Part shown: piece after piece, positions 1 through 8,770 of the stretch
Numbering within the stretch: position 1 is the stretch's first letter
Layout of the letters: every line of letters starts with the position of its first letter
From: Candidatus Eiseniibacteriota bacterium
GTDB lineage: Bacteria > Eisenbacteria > RBG-16-71-46 > CAIMUX01 > VGJL01
Length of the DNA: 64,000 nucleotides
NCBI GenBank assembly: GCA_963792585.1
Contig: CAWBWI010000001.1
Span: 1,920,001-1,984,000 of the forward strand
Direction: 5' to 3'
Translations under genes and position numbers: made by a program
The notes under the pieces: generated by a model
The model's input: only the letters and a program-made list of their open reading frames with translations
The model's database searches: none
Told to the model about the DNA's origin: nothing

Positions 1-111
1 CTCTTCCTCGCCCAACGCTTCGCACGCCATGCGAGCCCCCTGACCACCGTCGTGTACACACACGTTTCCGATCAGGAGCTCCGGGACCGGCTTCGGCATC
101 TCGCCTGCTAG
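1..111 (+). CDS. Tyrosine recombinase/integrase, C-terminal fragment (5' truncated by window)
   Basis: Frame 1 reads LFLAQRFARHASPLTTVVYTHVSDQELRDRLRHLAC*, matching the box II H-x7-8-Y motif with the catalytic Tyr. Confidence 0.8.
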   Translation, partial: LFLAQRFARHASPLTTVVYTHVSDQELRDRLRHLAC

Positions 112-121
112 GGCCACGCGC

Positions 122-1723
122 CTACCTCCACGTACCGGCGCGCATTCGATTCATTCCGGCCATCCAGGCGTAGGTGAAGGCCAGGCTGAAGTGGTCCTCT
201 CCCAACCGCACGTAACGAAACTTCTTCACCCCCGTCTCCTCGTCTTCCTTGAGCATCCGCGCATCGGCGACCATATGCTTCGCAAACTGCTCGATCTGGG
301 GTGAGCGGCGCGGGAGCGTGACCTTCTTCTCCCGGATGGCGGCCCGGGATGCATCCAGGGCCTCTGTGCGGTGTCCCTGGACGATCCAGGAGGTGGGATC
401 CCAGTTGAGCGAGCCTCGTTGGTGCTCGTTGAAGAAGCACATGAAGACGCGCCAGGGGTGGCGCTTGGCAAACTCCCGGGTCGCGTGGGTCTCAGGGAGT
501 CCGTCGATGACGCAGCGCTCGACATGGAAGCGATCCAGGTACGCATCCAACTCCCCGAAATCATGGCAAACGCCTACGTGGATCAGTTCCCTCCTCTCCG
601 AGTCCTCGCCGCCGAGGTCCCGCAGGATTACGACGTGGAGGTTCTTGCCCGTATCCACGCCCATGGTGCAGACGCCGCTGGTGTCCGATTCTGCCATGGG
701 GGTCTCGCCGCAGAGGGAGAGCACGGACATCTGATCCAGACGGGTGCCTAGGTCCGTCCAGGGAACGCCGATCTTCAAGTTATAGAAGCGCTCCGGGTAC
801 TGCGCCGTCCTGTACTCGCGCAGGATCTCTCCCGGATCGACCTTGGAGCTGAAGAGCTGCGAGATCCGGTAGCCGTGGATCTTGCGGTCCGGGAAGTCGG
901 CGACCCACTCCCCCGCCGACAGATCGAGTTCCACGGAGCACTTGGGACAGGCCCGGAACCACGTCCCGTCGCTCCGCGCCTGGATGATCCGGACCTCCTG
1001 GCCCAGCTTGACGGGGAAGTCTCTATCCAGCGCCGTCCAGTGACCGCAAGACGGGCAGCGCAGTGTCCAGTGCCTCTGGTCCGACTTCTGGTACTGCTCG
1101 TCGATCCCGTAGTCGGGCAGGGACGGGTTGGAGAGCTCGATCACCCGCTTGTAGTCCGAGTGGGCCAGGCGCTCCAGAGCCATGGCCCGGGCTGCAGGTG
1201 TCGCCTCATCCAGCTCATCGAAGACCACCATGTCCGCCGGCACGGACTTCATCCCCACCGGTGAGAGCATCCCGCGCAGATACAGGTAGGCCTCTCCGAT
1301 GCGCTTCAGCCCCGCCGTGTCCGTCTCCCGCATCATCCGGGTGAGGAACGGGTTGTCAGCTACGAGCGGGCTCACGCGGGCCTTCGAGAACTCGAGCACG
1401 TCCGTCTTGGTGGGGAAGAAGTACATCGCATTCAAGCCCTGGAGACAGGCATGGATGCTTCGTAGGATCGCCCAGGTCGTCCCGCCGATCTGAGCGGCCT
1501 TGGAGAGCACGACGTGGATCGAGGTGTCGTCATAGATCGTCCGCAGGTACTCATGCCCCTCGAATGAGAACGGCACGCCTTCCAGGCGGATCTTCCGAAG
1601 CGTCCATTGGGCCAGAGGGTCACTGACCGACCGGCGCGCCGGGCTCGTCAGCTCCCGGGTCCTCTTCCTGAGGTAGGGCGGCAAGGATCGCCTTGCGGAT
1701 CCTCTCCCTCGCTTCCTCGTCAT
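122..1723 (-). CDS. Phage terminase large subunit, GpA type
   Basis: Walker A-like VLSKAAQIGGT, Walker B VVFDELDE, CPSCG/CPKCS zinc motifs, nuclease motif MGVDTG, C-terminal DHF. Confidence 0.85.
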   Translation of the reverse strand: MTRKRGRGSARRSLPPYLRKRTRELTSPARRSVSDPLAQWTLRKIRLEGVPFSFEGHEYLRTIYDDTSIHVVLSKAAQIGGTTWAILRSIHACLQGLNAMYFFPTKTDVLEFSKARVSPLVADNPFLTRMMRETDTAGLKRIGEAYLYLRGMLSPVGMKSVPADMVVFDELDEATPAARAMALERLAHSDYKRVIELSNPSLPDYGIDEQYQKSDQRHWTLRCPSCGHWTALDRDFPVKLGQEVRIIQARSDGTWFRACPKCSVELDLSAGEWVADFPDRKIHGYRISQLFSSKVDPGEILREYRTAQYPERFYNLKIGVPWTDLGTRLDQMSVLSLCGETPMAESDTSGVCTMGVDTGKNLHVVILRDLGGEDSERRELIHVGVCHDFGELDAYLDRFHVERCVIDGLPETHATREFAKRHPWRVFMCFFNEHQRGSLNWDPTSWIVQGHRTEALDASRAAIREKKVTLPRRSPQIEQFAKHMVADARMLKEDEETGVKKFRYVRLGEDHFSLAFTYAWMAGMNRMRAGTWR

Positions 1724-2192
1724 GCACGTTCTCCTTCACCGTGTCGATAAAGACATCGATCAGATGCCGCATCTCTGCTTCGGAATGGGCGCGGATCGCC
1801 TCTTCCGTCTCCCCATCGATGGACAACCCCTTGGCCAGACGCTGTCCCTTCTGCGCCCGGTCCAGGATTCCGGAGATCTTCTCCAGCTCCCGGATCTCGA
1901 TCGCGGGCTTTCCCTTCAGTTCATCGGCGAGCTTGGCCACGAGCAGGTCCCACATGCGGTAGTGACGGACGTTCAAAGAAACGCGGTCGCTTGCGATCTT
2001 CTCCGCGAACATCTCCGCAGCCCGGCGATCGATCTTCCTCCTCAGGTTGTCCCAGTCCTCATCCCGCCTCCATTTGCCGATCGTGTGGGGTTTGACGCGC
2101 AGACGGCCGGCAATCTCGGCGTTGGTTTCGACTTCTCCGGTGAGGAAGAGCCGGCGGGCTTCCTCACGCGCCTTGATCAGGATCTTGGGCAT
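1620..2192 (-). CDS. Putative terminase small subunit (N-terminal HTH)
   Basis: HTH EIAGRLRVKPHTIGKWRRDEDW followed by helical region; directly upstream of and overlapping terL. Confidence 0.65.
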   Translation of the reverse strand: MPKILIKAREEARRLFLTGEVETNAEIAGRLRVKPHTIGKWRRDEDWDNLRRKIDRRAAEMFAEKIASDRVSLNVRHYRMWDLLVAKLADELKGKPAIEIRELEKISGILDRAQKGQRLAKGLSIDGETEEAIRAHSEAEMRHLIDVFIDTVKENVHDEEARERIRKAILAALPQEEDPGADEPGAPVGQ

Positions 2193-2874
2193 CTCGGTCC
2201 TCCATGTAGTGCTGGGCCAGGTTGGCGAGACCTCGGGCCTTGCGGTCGCGACCCGCTGTACCGTCGCTTGCCAGTTCCACTGCCTGCTCGATCAACTGTT
2301 CTTGCTCCGGCGTGACGACGAAGGACATGACCCGAGGCAGGACTTTCTCCTCCTGCTCAGCCGCCTCTTCGAGCAGTGCGGCGATCTCCTCGGCCGGAAA
2401 CTCAAGCAAGGCGTGCAGCTCTTCAAGCTGGCGGTCCGTCTCGGGCAGGAGTCCGGCCAAGTCGTCCAGGCTCATCTCGCCCAAGAGCTCGTGGAGCAGC
2501 TGGGCACGGCGGATGGGCTGGTCTTGGCCTTCGAGGCGGTTGAGTGTCGCCAGGAGGAGCTTCGCCTCGCGGTCGGAGACCTCCCAGACGTCGCACCGGG
2601 CTTCCGTGTGTCCGAGATCCCGCAGGACCGACACCCGATGGTGGCCATCCAGGATCTCGAACTTCTCCGACTCGCGCGGATGAGGCCGCACCACGATGAA
2701 CGGGTAGCGTCCCGTGCGCTGAATATGGACCCGGAGCTTCTCCCGTAGCTCGTCGGACATCACGTTCGCGTTCAGCGGATGTGGGACAAGGTCGTCCAGG
2801 GGCACCATGCGGGCCCCGATGCGGGTCCCCATGCGCTCGGCCTGCGGTTGCAGGGTCCCTGCTTCATCATTCAT
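2164..2874 (-). CDS. ParB/Srx N-terminal domain protein
   Basis: LVPHPLNAN, PFIVVR, EILDGHHR motifs. Confidence 0.8.
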   Translation of the reverse strand: MNDEAGTLQPQAERMGTRIGARMVPLDDLVPHPLNANVMSDELREKLRVHIQRTGRYPFIVVRPHPRESEKFEILDGHHRVSVLRDLGHTEARCDVWEVSDREAKLLLATLNRLEGQDQPIRRAQLLHELLGEMSLDDLAGLLPETDRQLEELHALLEFPAEEIAALLEEAAEQEEKVLPRVMSFVVTPEQEQLIEQAVELASDGTAGRDRKARGLANLAQHYMEDRDAQDPDQGA

Positions 2875-3979
2875 GCGTCATCCCTCCTATCATCGCCACG
2901 TCCTGACTTGCGGCGTTGCATTTCGATACCCGCTCCGGATCCCATCCCACGACCAGGAACTCCCGGTTCGACTCGTTCTTTTCTGCAGTGGCCACGGCGG
3001 GCAGGTGCTTGTACTTGATCTCGATCGCTCGGGTGGAACGACCGAAGCGGGTCATCTTGGCTTCGAGTTCCTCGATCCCCACGACGGCGTTGCCCAGCGA
3101 GAGGAGCCAGACGGGGATGTGCTGCGCGCGGTCGAAGAGGGTATCGAGCATCTCCGCGCCATCGCGTGCCGTGAATGGGCTGGTCGGGCGGGACTGCCCC
3201 TCCAATATCTCGTCGATCACCTTGTATTCCTTCTCGTAGGACATCACGCCCGGGTATGGCGGATCGAAGTACGCGACGTCTGCCTCGATCTCGGGCAGCC
3301 GATCGAGCACGCTCGCCTTGATCACAGTGGCCTTGCCCTCGAACACCCCCGCATTGATCTGCCAAGCAAGCTCGCAGAGCTTCTCGGGGCGCGTGAGCCG
3401 CATGCCGTCCACGTAGTGGTACAAGCACGACTCGGTGATCGACTCGTACTCCCCCGTCGACAGGCGATGGATCGTGCCCGCGCGCACCTGGGCCATCGGA
3501 TGCGCAAGCAACGCCACACGGATCGCGAGGAGGCGTAACAACGCCGCCTTGGAGGGATCGGGCGTCTCTGCGGCCAAGGCTAGGGCTCGGTCGAGAAGAC
3601 GCGCCTGTGCGCACGTAAACGTCGACGGGGCGTAATCCCGTTCGATCCGGCCTGGTGGGTTGTCGGTGGGTGCTGCGATTCGGAGCACATCCTCGTGGGT
3701 CAGGCGGACCCGGCTGTTGGAGATGAGCGCTTCGCCGATTACGATCGATCGCTCGGCAATATCCGTGGCTACGACGCAGAAGCCTTGGGCCTTTGCGAAC
3801 AGGCTCACCGACCCACCGCCCATGAAGCCGTCGAGGAACGTCATCCCGTGCCATCGCGCCCTTGGCAGGATCTGGTCCACTTCCCGGAAGATGAGCGGAC
3901 AAAGCCTCCGTTTCCCTCCCAGATACGGCGGCAGGGCAGACCACAATGCCAGCTTGCGCGTCCTCGTGCGCCTCACCAT
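2867..3979 (-). CDS. DNA adenine methyltransferase (D12/Dam-like)
   Basis: PYLGGKRRL, SAM-binding DGFMGGGSVS, catalytic YFDPPY; start taken at MVRRTR. Confidence 0.85.
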   Translation of the reverse strand: MVRRTRTRKLALWSALPPYLGGKRRLCPLIFREVDQILPRARWHGMTFLDGFMGGGSVSLFAKAQGFCVVATDIAERSIVIGEALISNSRVRLTHEDVLRIAAPTDNPPGRIERDYAPSTFTCAQARLLDRALALAAETPDPSKAALLRLLAIRVALLAHPMAQVRAGTIHRLSTGEYESITESCLYHYVDGMRLTRPEKLCELAWQINAGVFEGKATVIKASVLDRLPEIEADVAYFDPPYPGVMSYEKEYKVIDEILEGQSRPTSPFTARDGAEMLDTLFDRAQHIPVWLLSLGNAVVGIEELEAKMTRFGRSTRAIEIKYKHLPAVATAEKNESNREFLVVGWDPERVSKCNAASQDVAMIGGMTHE

Positions 3980-4080
3980 CTTTCTGCTCCTTCCATGCTT
4001 GTTTCGCTGGAGCTTCCCGCGCAACAGCGCGTGTATTGCATTTCGGGGGCGATGAGGCCCTCGCAAAACGGAGGATGAGG

Positions 4081-4314
4081 ATGAACCAGAACACCACCAC
4101 CGACCCGAAGGCGATCCGCAGGGCCTACCGGGCATCCATGATGCTGGTGAAGGCCGCCGCTCTCTTGAGGGAGGCCGCAGAGGGATCGACCTGGGCACAG
4201 GGTAAGGGCGACTTCCTTCGCTACGCCGTCGCGATCGATGAGTTGATCTCCTGCGACAACGGCGAAGGTGGACTCGCGGCCACGATCACGTTCCTTTCGA
4301 ACCGGAGTCGGTAA
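4081..4314 (+). CDS. Small hypothetical protein
   Basis: GAGG RBS before ATG; first of four closely spaced plus-strand ORFs. Confidence 0.6.
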   Translation: MNQNTTTDPKAIRRAYRASMMLVKAAALLREAAEGSTWAQGKGDFLRYAVAIDELISCDNGEGGLAATITFLSNRSR

Positions 4315-4323
4315 CCGGAGGCG

Positions 4324-4554
4324 ATGGTGAACCACATTCCAACCTACCAAGAGACGATCCGCCAGATCCTCGATCGCAAGCGGATCACGGGAATCGAACC
4401 CGCCCACGTGGAGGCGTTCATGCGCGTCTACGTGGGGACGCTGGACGGACTGGATCGCAGGCGATTCACACGCCTCGCGATGGATGCTGTCGAGGAGATC
4501 CGCGGATGCGAACCCGATGTCGTGGCCAGCGTGGCCGCGTCGTACGGGCTGTAG
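4324..4554 (+). CDS. Small hypothetical protein
   Basis: GGAGG RBS; 9 nt after previous stop. Confidence 0.65.
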   Translation: MVNHIPTYQETIRQILDRKRITGIEPAHVEAFMRVYVGTLDGLDRRRFTRLAMDAVEEIRGCEPDVVASVAASYGL

Positions 4555-4566
4555 AGGAGGGAGACC

Positions 4567-4935
4567 ATGAACGAGACGACGATCCAGAAGATCGTGATCA
4601 CCCGAGAGCAGATCAGTGAACTGCTGCGCACCAACCCCGATGCCCGCGACGACGCACGCGTCTGGGTCCTGGCGGATGCGATCGGGCAGTATGAGGCTTA
4701 CACAGAGAAGCTCGAGTGGTTGGCCCGCAACCTCAACGACTTGGTCCTGAAGAACCAGACGGCCGGGATGCCGAGCGTCTACGACACCGTGCTGCGGACC
4801 TCCCTGATCCCCGAGATTGAAGAGCACGCCTCGAAGTTCACCGCCCTCAAGCGGGTGCTCCAGACCACTTGCAAGCGAGCAGACGACCCCACCGCGACGG
4901 TCGTCGATACGTTGATCCGGACCCTGAACGCGTAG
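4567..4935 (+). CDS. Hypothetical helical protein
   Basis: GAGGAGG RBS; operon spacing. Confidence 0.65.
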   Translation: MNETTIQKIVITREQISELLRTNPDARDDARVWVLADAIGQYEAYTEKLEWLARNLNDLVLKNQTAGMPSVYDTVLRTSLIPEIEEHASKFTALKRVLQTTCKRADDPTATVVDTLIRTLNA

Positions 4936-4947
4936 GCGGAGGACGCG

Positions 4948-5619
4948 ATGACCACCTGCACGAAGACCGAGTTGACTCAGTACCTGCGATCGAAGATTTG
5001 TCCCTGGTGCGGGGCCCGGCTGGCGTCGCACCACGAGCGATCGGAGGACGGCAGGATCCTCCCGATGGTCTACACCTGCACCGAGTGCGGCCGGAACCCC
5101 CGTGAAGCACTCGCACTTCCCTACCCAGAACCGGCCGGGCATCGACCCAGGCCAGAAGGAGAAGCCATGAGCACGAAGAAGACAGAGAAGACCTCCAGCA
5201 AGAAGAGCAGCGGCGAGAAGCACGAGGAGGCGGCCACGGCCAGTACGGGACGCGTGCATACGATCGCCAAGCCGAGGACCATGCCGGTGACCGGAGCGCC
5301 GAAGGACAAGCCGGTCGCGGTGATCGTCGGTGGAAACGAGCAGATCCCCGGGCCGGCCGAGGTCGCGGCGACTCCGGCCAAGCCTCCCAAGAAGGCGAAG
5401 GGCCCCGCGACGGACGCGCCCACGACCGTGCCCGACGACGGTGGCGAGATCGTGGTCTTCGCATTCCGCCTCACCCGGTCCGAGCGCGATGAACTGCACG
5501 CCGCCACCGGATCCGCCAAGGCCTCCCGCTTCGTGAAGGCGATCGTCCTGGCGGGAGCGCGAGCGGATACCAAGGCAGTGCAGGAGCTGATCGACGAGGT
5601 GCAGAGAGGCCGCAAGTAG
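4948..5619 (+). CDS. Zinc-ribbon plus Lys/Pro-rich protein with possible C-terminal ribbon-helix-helix; possible internal start at 5167
   Basis: CPWC...CTEC; second RBS GAAGGAG before ATG 5167; C-terminal VVFAFRLTRSERDEL. Confidence 0.6.
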   Translation: MTTCTKTELTQYLRSKICPWCGARLASHHERSEDGRILPMVYTCTECGRNPREALALPYPEPAGHRPRPEGEAMSTKKTEKTSSKKSSGEKHEEAATASTGRVHTIAKPRTMPVTGAPKDKPVAVIVGGNEQIPGPAEVAATPAKPPKKAKGPATDAPTTVPDDGGEIVVFAFRLTRSERDELHAATGSAKASRFVKAIVLAGARADTKAVQELIDEVQRGRK

Positions 5620-5814
5620 CTTCCTCCACAGACGGGCAGACACCCCCAGGATGACATTGCCTGGGGTTGTCGCTTTTGGCATCCGGGGCATCGCGAGAGA
5701 GATCCCCGCGTCCATCGCCATGACGAGAAGCACCAGGAACAGCTGCACGGACGTCAAACTCGTCAAGGCGAGGTACACCTCATCACGATTCATCGATCGT
5801 CCTCCTGATCTGCT

Positions 5815-6072
5815 TCAGACACCCACACACCGCTCACGGCAGCACGAGGGCTGGATCCATCTGATCGACACGCCCACGAGGCGGGCCGTTCCTTCGCGAA
5901 GTCGATATCGGAGAGCGCTGGACCTCCGAAGGTACGAATGCGGTCCGCTGGGTCGTCGGGGAGTCCCTGCCTGACAAGAGGCATCTTCCGCCACGAGGGC
6001 GCGGACAGCCTCGGCGAGAGACCGTCCGGTGTTGCCATTGGCGGGGCCACCCCGATCCGCAAGCTCATCCAT
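5815..6072 (-). CDS. Hypothetical protein
   Basis: Start overlaps stop of upstream ORF, GGAG RBS; no motif. Confidence 0.3.
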   Translation of the reverse strand: MDELADRGGPANGNTGRSLAEAVRALVAEDASCQAGTPRRPSGPHSYLRRSSALRYRLREGTARLVGVSIRWIQPSCCRERCVGV

Positions 6073-6304
6073 TCTCTCCAGCCGGACTGGCGACTGCAGC
6101 ACCCGTGATCGCATCGATCTCCTGCCAAAGGGCGACGGCATCCCTCACCTGCGCCGCAAAGCAGTGCAGAGTCGAGGCCCGCTCGTTATCACGCTCTGCA
6201 AGCTCAACAGCACGTCGCAGGTCGCTCCGCAAGATTCCAAGCGCATCGTCGACAAGCTTTCCAGCCAGGCTTTCACTGCGCTGGGATGTTGGCCGCATCT
6301 GCAT
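6065..6304 (-). CDS. Small helical hypothetical protein
   Basis: GAGGAG RBS; overlaps end of the initiator-like gene. Confidence 0.5.
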   Translation of the reverse strand: MQMRPTSQRSESLAGKLVDDALGILRSDLRRAVELAERDNERASTLHCFAAQVRDAVALWQEIDAITGAAVASPAGENG

Positions 6305-7799
6305 CGCATTTCTCCTCCCTCGCAACTTGGTGCGTCTCCACCACTTTGGTTGCTCGATAGTTCTCCGCCAGGATGACCAGTCGAGCAGCAGTCGTGTTGT
6401 CGTAGAGAGACTCGCCAGGACCGTTCGGATACACGATTGCCCGGATCGCCTGGATACGTTCGGGATGTCCCCTCGTCAGTTCTTCGAGTTCGAACAGGAT
6501 CGGGATGCACTGCGCGCGAATCTTCTCCCTCTCCTGCCGCGCCTCAGCCGCAATCTCCAGGATGCGCATCTGCTCGGATTGCTCCCGCTCATGCCTTTCG
6601 GTGGCTTCCCGATCTGCGGCCTCTCGCTCCTGGAGTCGGCGCACTGTTTCCGCATCAGGCGCCAGCGGAGGCATTGTGACGGGCACTTCGTTTGCTGCCT
6701 CGCGAACGATGCGCTCTGCGATGTGTCCACGCTTCGCGTGCGGAGATTCTTCGATCTGATTTTTGGATCCACAGAATTCTGATTCGAACTGCGCGACTCG
6801 CTCGTCTAGCTCGCTGCCTCGCCGTGCGGGCCCATGCACGATCGTTTCATGCTCGCCTTGCTCGTGCACAATTGTCCCACTGAAGACGCCGAACCGTTTT
6901 CCGTCGTTGTCTCCAGAATCTGCCAGGATCCTGCGTAGATATCCGATCGGATTGTCGATCTCCCCGGCTTCCCAACGTGGAAGGACTTCTTCGTTGATGA
7001 CTTCAAGTATCCCGCCGACCACCCCCTCCGCATCGAAGTAGAGCAACAGCGGCCGGAGAGCATCCTCGACACGCCATTCCGAAGCACCGGCAACCCTTTC
7101 TAGGATGGCTGCGGCAGCCTCGGCGTCCTCGGGATCCTGCAGTGGGAGGGGGCGTGTCGGGTCTGAGCCTCCCCGACCTTTCTTTGAAATTGGGACTAGC
7201 GGGAACGCATGCTCGGGCGAGAGCCCCGCGAGCGCCGAGCCTAAGCCTCCTCCTAAGCCGATCGTTGAATCGTTAAGACGTAAAGACGTCTCGGCGGGAG
7301 AATGGTCATGCACCTGCGTAATCGCCCCTGTTTCCAGGGAGTTGCAGGGCACCCCCGTGCGCTCTGGAGAATGGTCATCGGTTGGCCACGGATTGGTCAC
7401 GGTACGGTCATCCAGGAGCGCGGATGCGCGGTCCCAAGCCGACGGATCGCTGGCCCACGTGGGAGAAACCTCGAGTCTTCGGCCGCGTCGCCGGCCGGGA
7501 ACCCGCAGCAGTCCAAGTCTGATACCCAGGTCGATCGCCCGGCGGAAGGACTTCTCGCTCCTGCCGATGCGGTCTGATGGATTGGGCCGTTGTTTCACCC
7601 GTTGTGCCAAGAGATCCGGCCGTAGAGGGAGGCTCTGACGCTTGCCGCGATGGGCATCGCGAGCCTTCGGATGTGGCCAGGGCTCGCCGCGGACAACCAC
7701 CCGATCAAGAAGCTCGAGAACCTCACAGAGGGCGGGCGGTAGGCGCCTCGGATTCATGCCCGCCTTGCGTGCGCTCTCGCGCCACCTGGGTACTATCAC
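6273..7799 (-). CDS. Putative replication initiator (N-terminal wHTH)
   Basis: HTH-like SDRIGRSEKSFRRAIDLGIRLGLLRV, low-complexity linker, IDNPIGYLRRIL motif seen in phage/plasmid initiators; GTG start with GGAG RBS. Confidence 0.5.
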   Translation of the reverse strand: MIVPRWRESARKAGMNPRRLPPALCEVLELLDRVVVRGEPWPHPKARDAHRGKRQSLPLRPDLLAQRVKQRPNPSDRIGRSEKSFRRAIDLGIRLGLLRVPGRRRGRRLEVSPTWASDPSAWDRASALLDDRTVTNPWPTDDHSPERTGVPCNSLETGAITQVHDHSPAETSLRLNDSTIGLGGGLGSALAGLSPEHAFPLVPISKKGRGGSDPTRPLPLQDPEDAEAAAAILERVAGASEWRVEDALRPLLLYFDAEGVVGGILEVINEEVLPRWEAGEIDNPIGYLRRILADSGDNDGKRFGVFSGTIVHEQGEHETIVHGPARRGSELDERVAQFESEFCGSKNQIEESPHAKRGHIAERIVREAANEVPVTMPPLAPDAETVRRLQEREAADREATERHEREQSEQMRILEIAAEARQEREKIRAQCIPILFELEELTRGHPERIQAIRAIVYPNGPGESLYDNTTAARLVILAENYRATKVVETHQVAREEKCDADAANIPAQ

Positions 7800-7847
7800 C
7801 GAATCTCCACTCCTCCGCGTCGTCCGCAGTGATGGGAGAGAGCTGGT

Positions 7848-7946
7848 GTGGGGTGCCCGGCAGGTAGGAACGAAACAGGCGCTATGGGTTGCCGGAGCAA
7901 CACCCACAACGCCTTCCGCTTTGCGGCCGGGTCGCTGTCTGGTGAT
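7848..7946 (-). ncRNA. Candidate structured cis-regulatory RNA, copy 1
   Basis: 7897-7946 is 49/50 identical to 13141-13190; stem AGGCGTTGTGG/CCATAGCGCCT with GTTGC-TCCG-GCAAC cap. Confidence 0.55.
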
Positions 7947-8147
7947 CTCTCACCTCGCGTGACCTCCCACGCGACAGCAAGACGTGTACCCCGGCGTTGC
8001 ACCAGTGTCAAGCCTGCCGGAGGCGGACCAAGCTGGGCAGCACACAGGCGCGTCCTGACCCTGTACACATCAGATCGTCGGGACAATTCACTTCAGCCGC
8101 TGTGAGACTCGCACGGGCCCGCTGACCTCGCGCCACCGTCGAATCCG

Positions 8148-8516
8148 TCATCGCGACACCCCCTGACGACCCGGATTCTCCGCGGACCGCTGGCCGGCAG
8201 ATTCCTCCCACGCCATTCGGAACGGCAGTCCGTTCTGGATCTCGAGGCACGCGATCGTCCCATCCTGCAGTCGGTCAAATTCTTGGAGCATCTCCAGGAC
8301 CTGTCGTTTGAGCACGGGATTTGAGTTATCTGAGTCGGGCCCCGCGCCTGAGTCCGATCCGAACCTGACGGTCCGGATCATGCGGGGAAGTGGGTGGAGC
8401 ACGGGCTCGCCGGTTCGGATCTTGAGGTCCTGAATCTCGCCGAATCGGACCGACCGGATGAGGTCGAGCAACAGCCTGCGTTTGGGTGAGAGTGACTTGT
8501 ACCGGGTCTCGGGCAT
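8148..8516 (-). CDS. Conserved mobile-element hypothetical protein
   Basis: LIRSVRFGEIQDLKIRTGEP...LEIQNGLPF pattern typical of small proteins in integrative elements. Confidence 0.7.
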   Translation of the reverse strand: MPETRYKSLSPKRRLLLDLIRSVRFGEIQDLKIRTGEPVLHPLPRMIRTVRFGSDSGAGPDSDNSNPVLKRQVLEMLQEFDRLQDGTIACLEIQNGLPFRMAWEESAGQRSAENPGRQGVSR

Positions 8517-8544
8517 GATCACCGCCTTGCTAGCCGGCAAATAA

Positions 8545-8639
8545 GGGACCCCCAGGGGCTGGCCCGGCAAGGCCTCCTGAGGGTCCCTCCGCCCACGGAG
8601 GGCGGATGAGTCAATGACTTCTGGTTCGCCGGGCCAGCC
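8545..8639 (-). ncRNA. Candidate pseudoknot/switch RNA leader
   Basis: Interleaved 12-bp helices 8628-8639/8557-8568 and 8576-8587/8545-8556, plus hairpin 8588-8606. Confidence 0.45.
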
Positions 8640-8667
8640 GAGTCAATTGCTGGCTATCTCCCACAGC

Positions 8668-8706
8668 GAAACTCTTGGGGTTTCAGATGAAACTCTCGGG
8701 GTTTCA
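8668..8706. promoter_or_regulatory. Tandem palindromic operator-like sites
   Basis: GAAACTCTyGGGGTTTCA twice (8668-8685, 8689-8706), 21-bp period, each with GAAAC/GTTTC dyad. Confidence 0.55.
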
Positions 8707-8770
8707 AATGCTCTTCTTCCGAAATTGGCAGGGGAGCCGCAGTTCAGCGGCCCTGTGCGATGGTCCGAGG

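Noticed and set aside
1..111. Tyrosine recombinase as the array's IntI
   Set aside because: It lies 13 kb away at the distal end, and its motif ARHASPLTT differs from the IntI-type LLGHxDVxTTMIYTH. The diagnostic insertion is outside the window, so this is not fully excluded.
3973..5793. 606-aa minus-strand ORF
   Set aside because: Mostly antisense to four RBS-bearing plus-strand genes; a high-GC shadow ORF, although its first 60 codons could be a small gene
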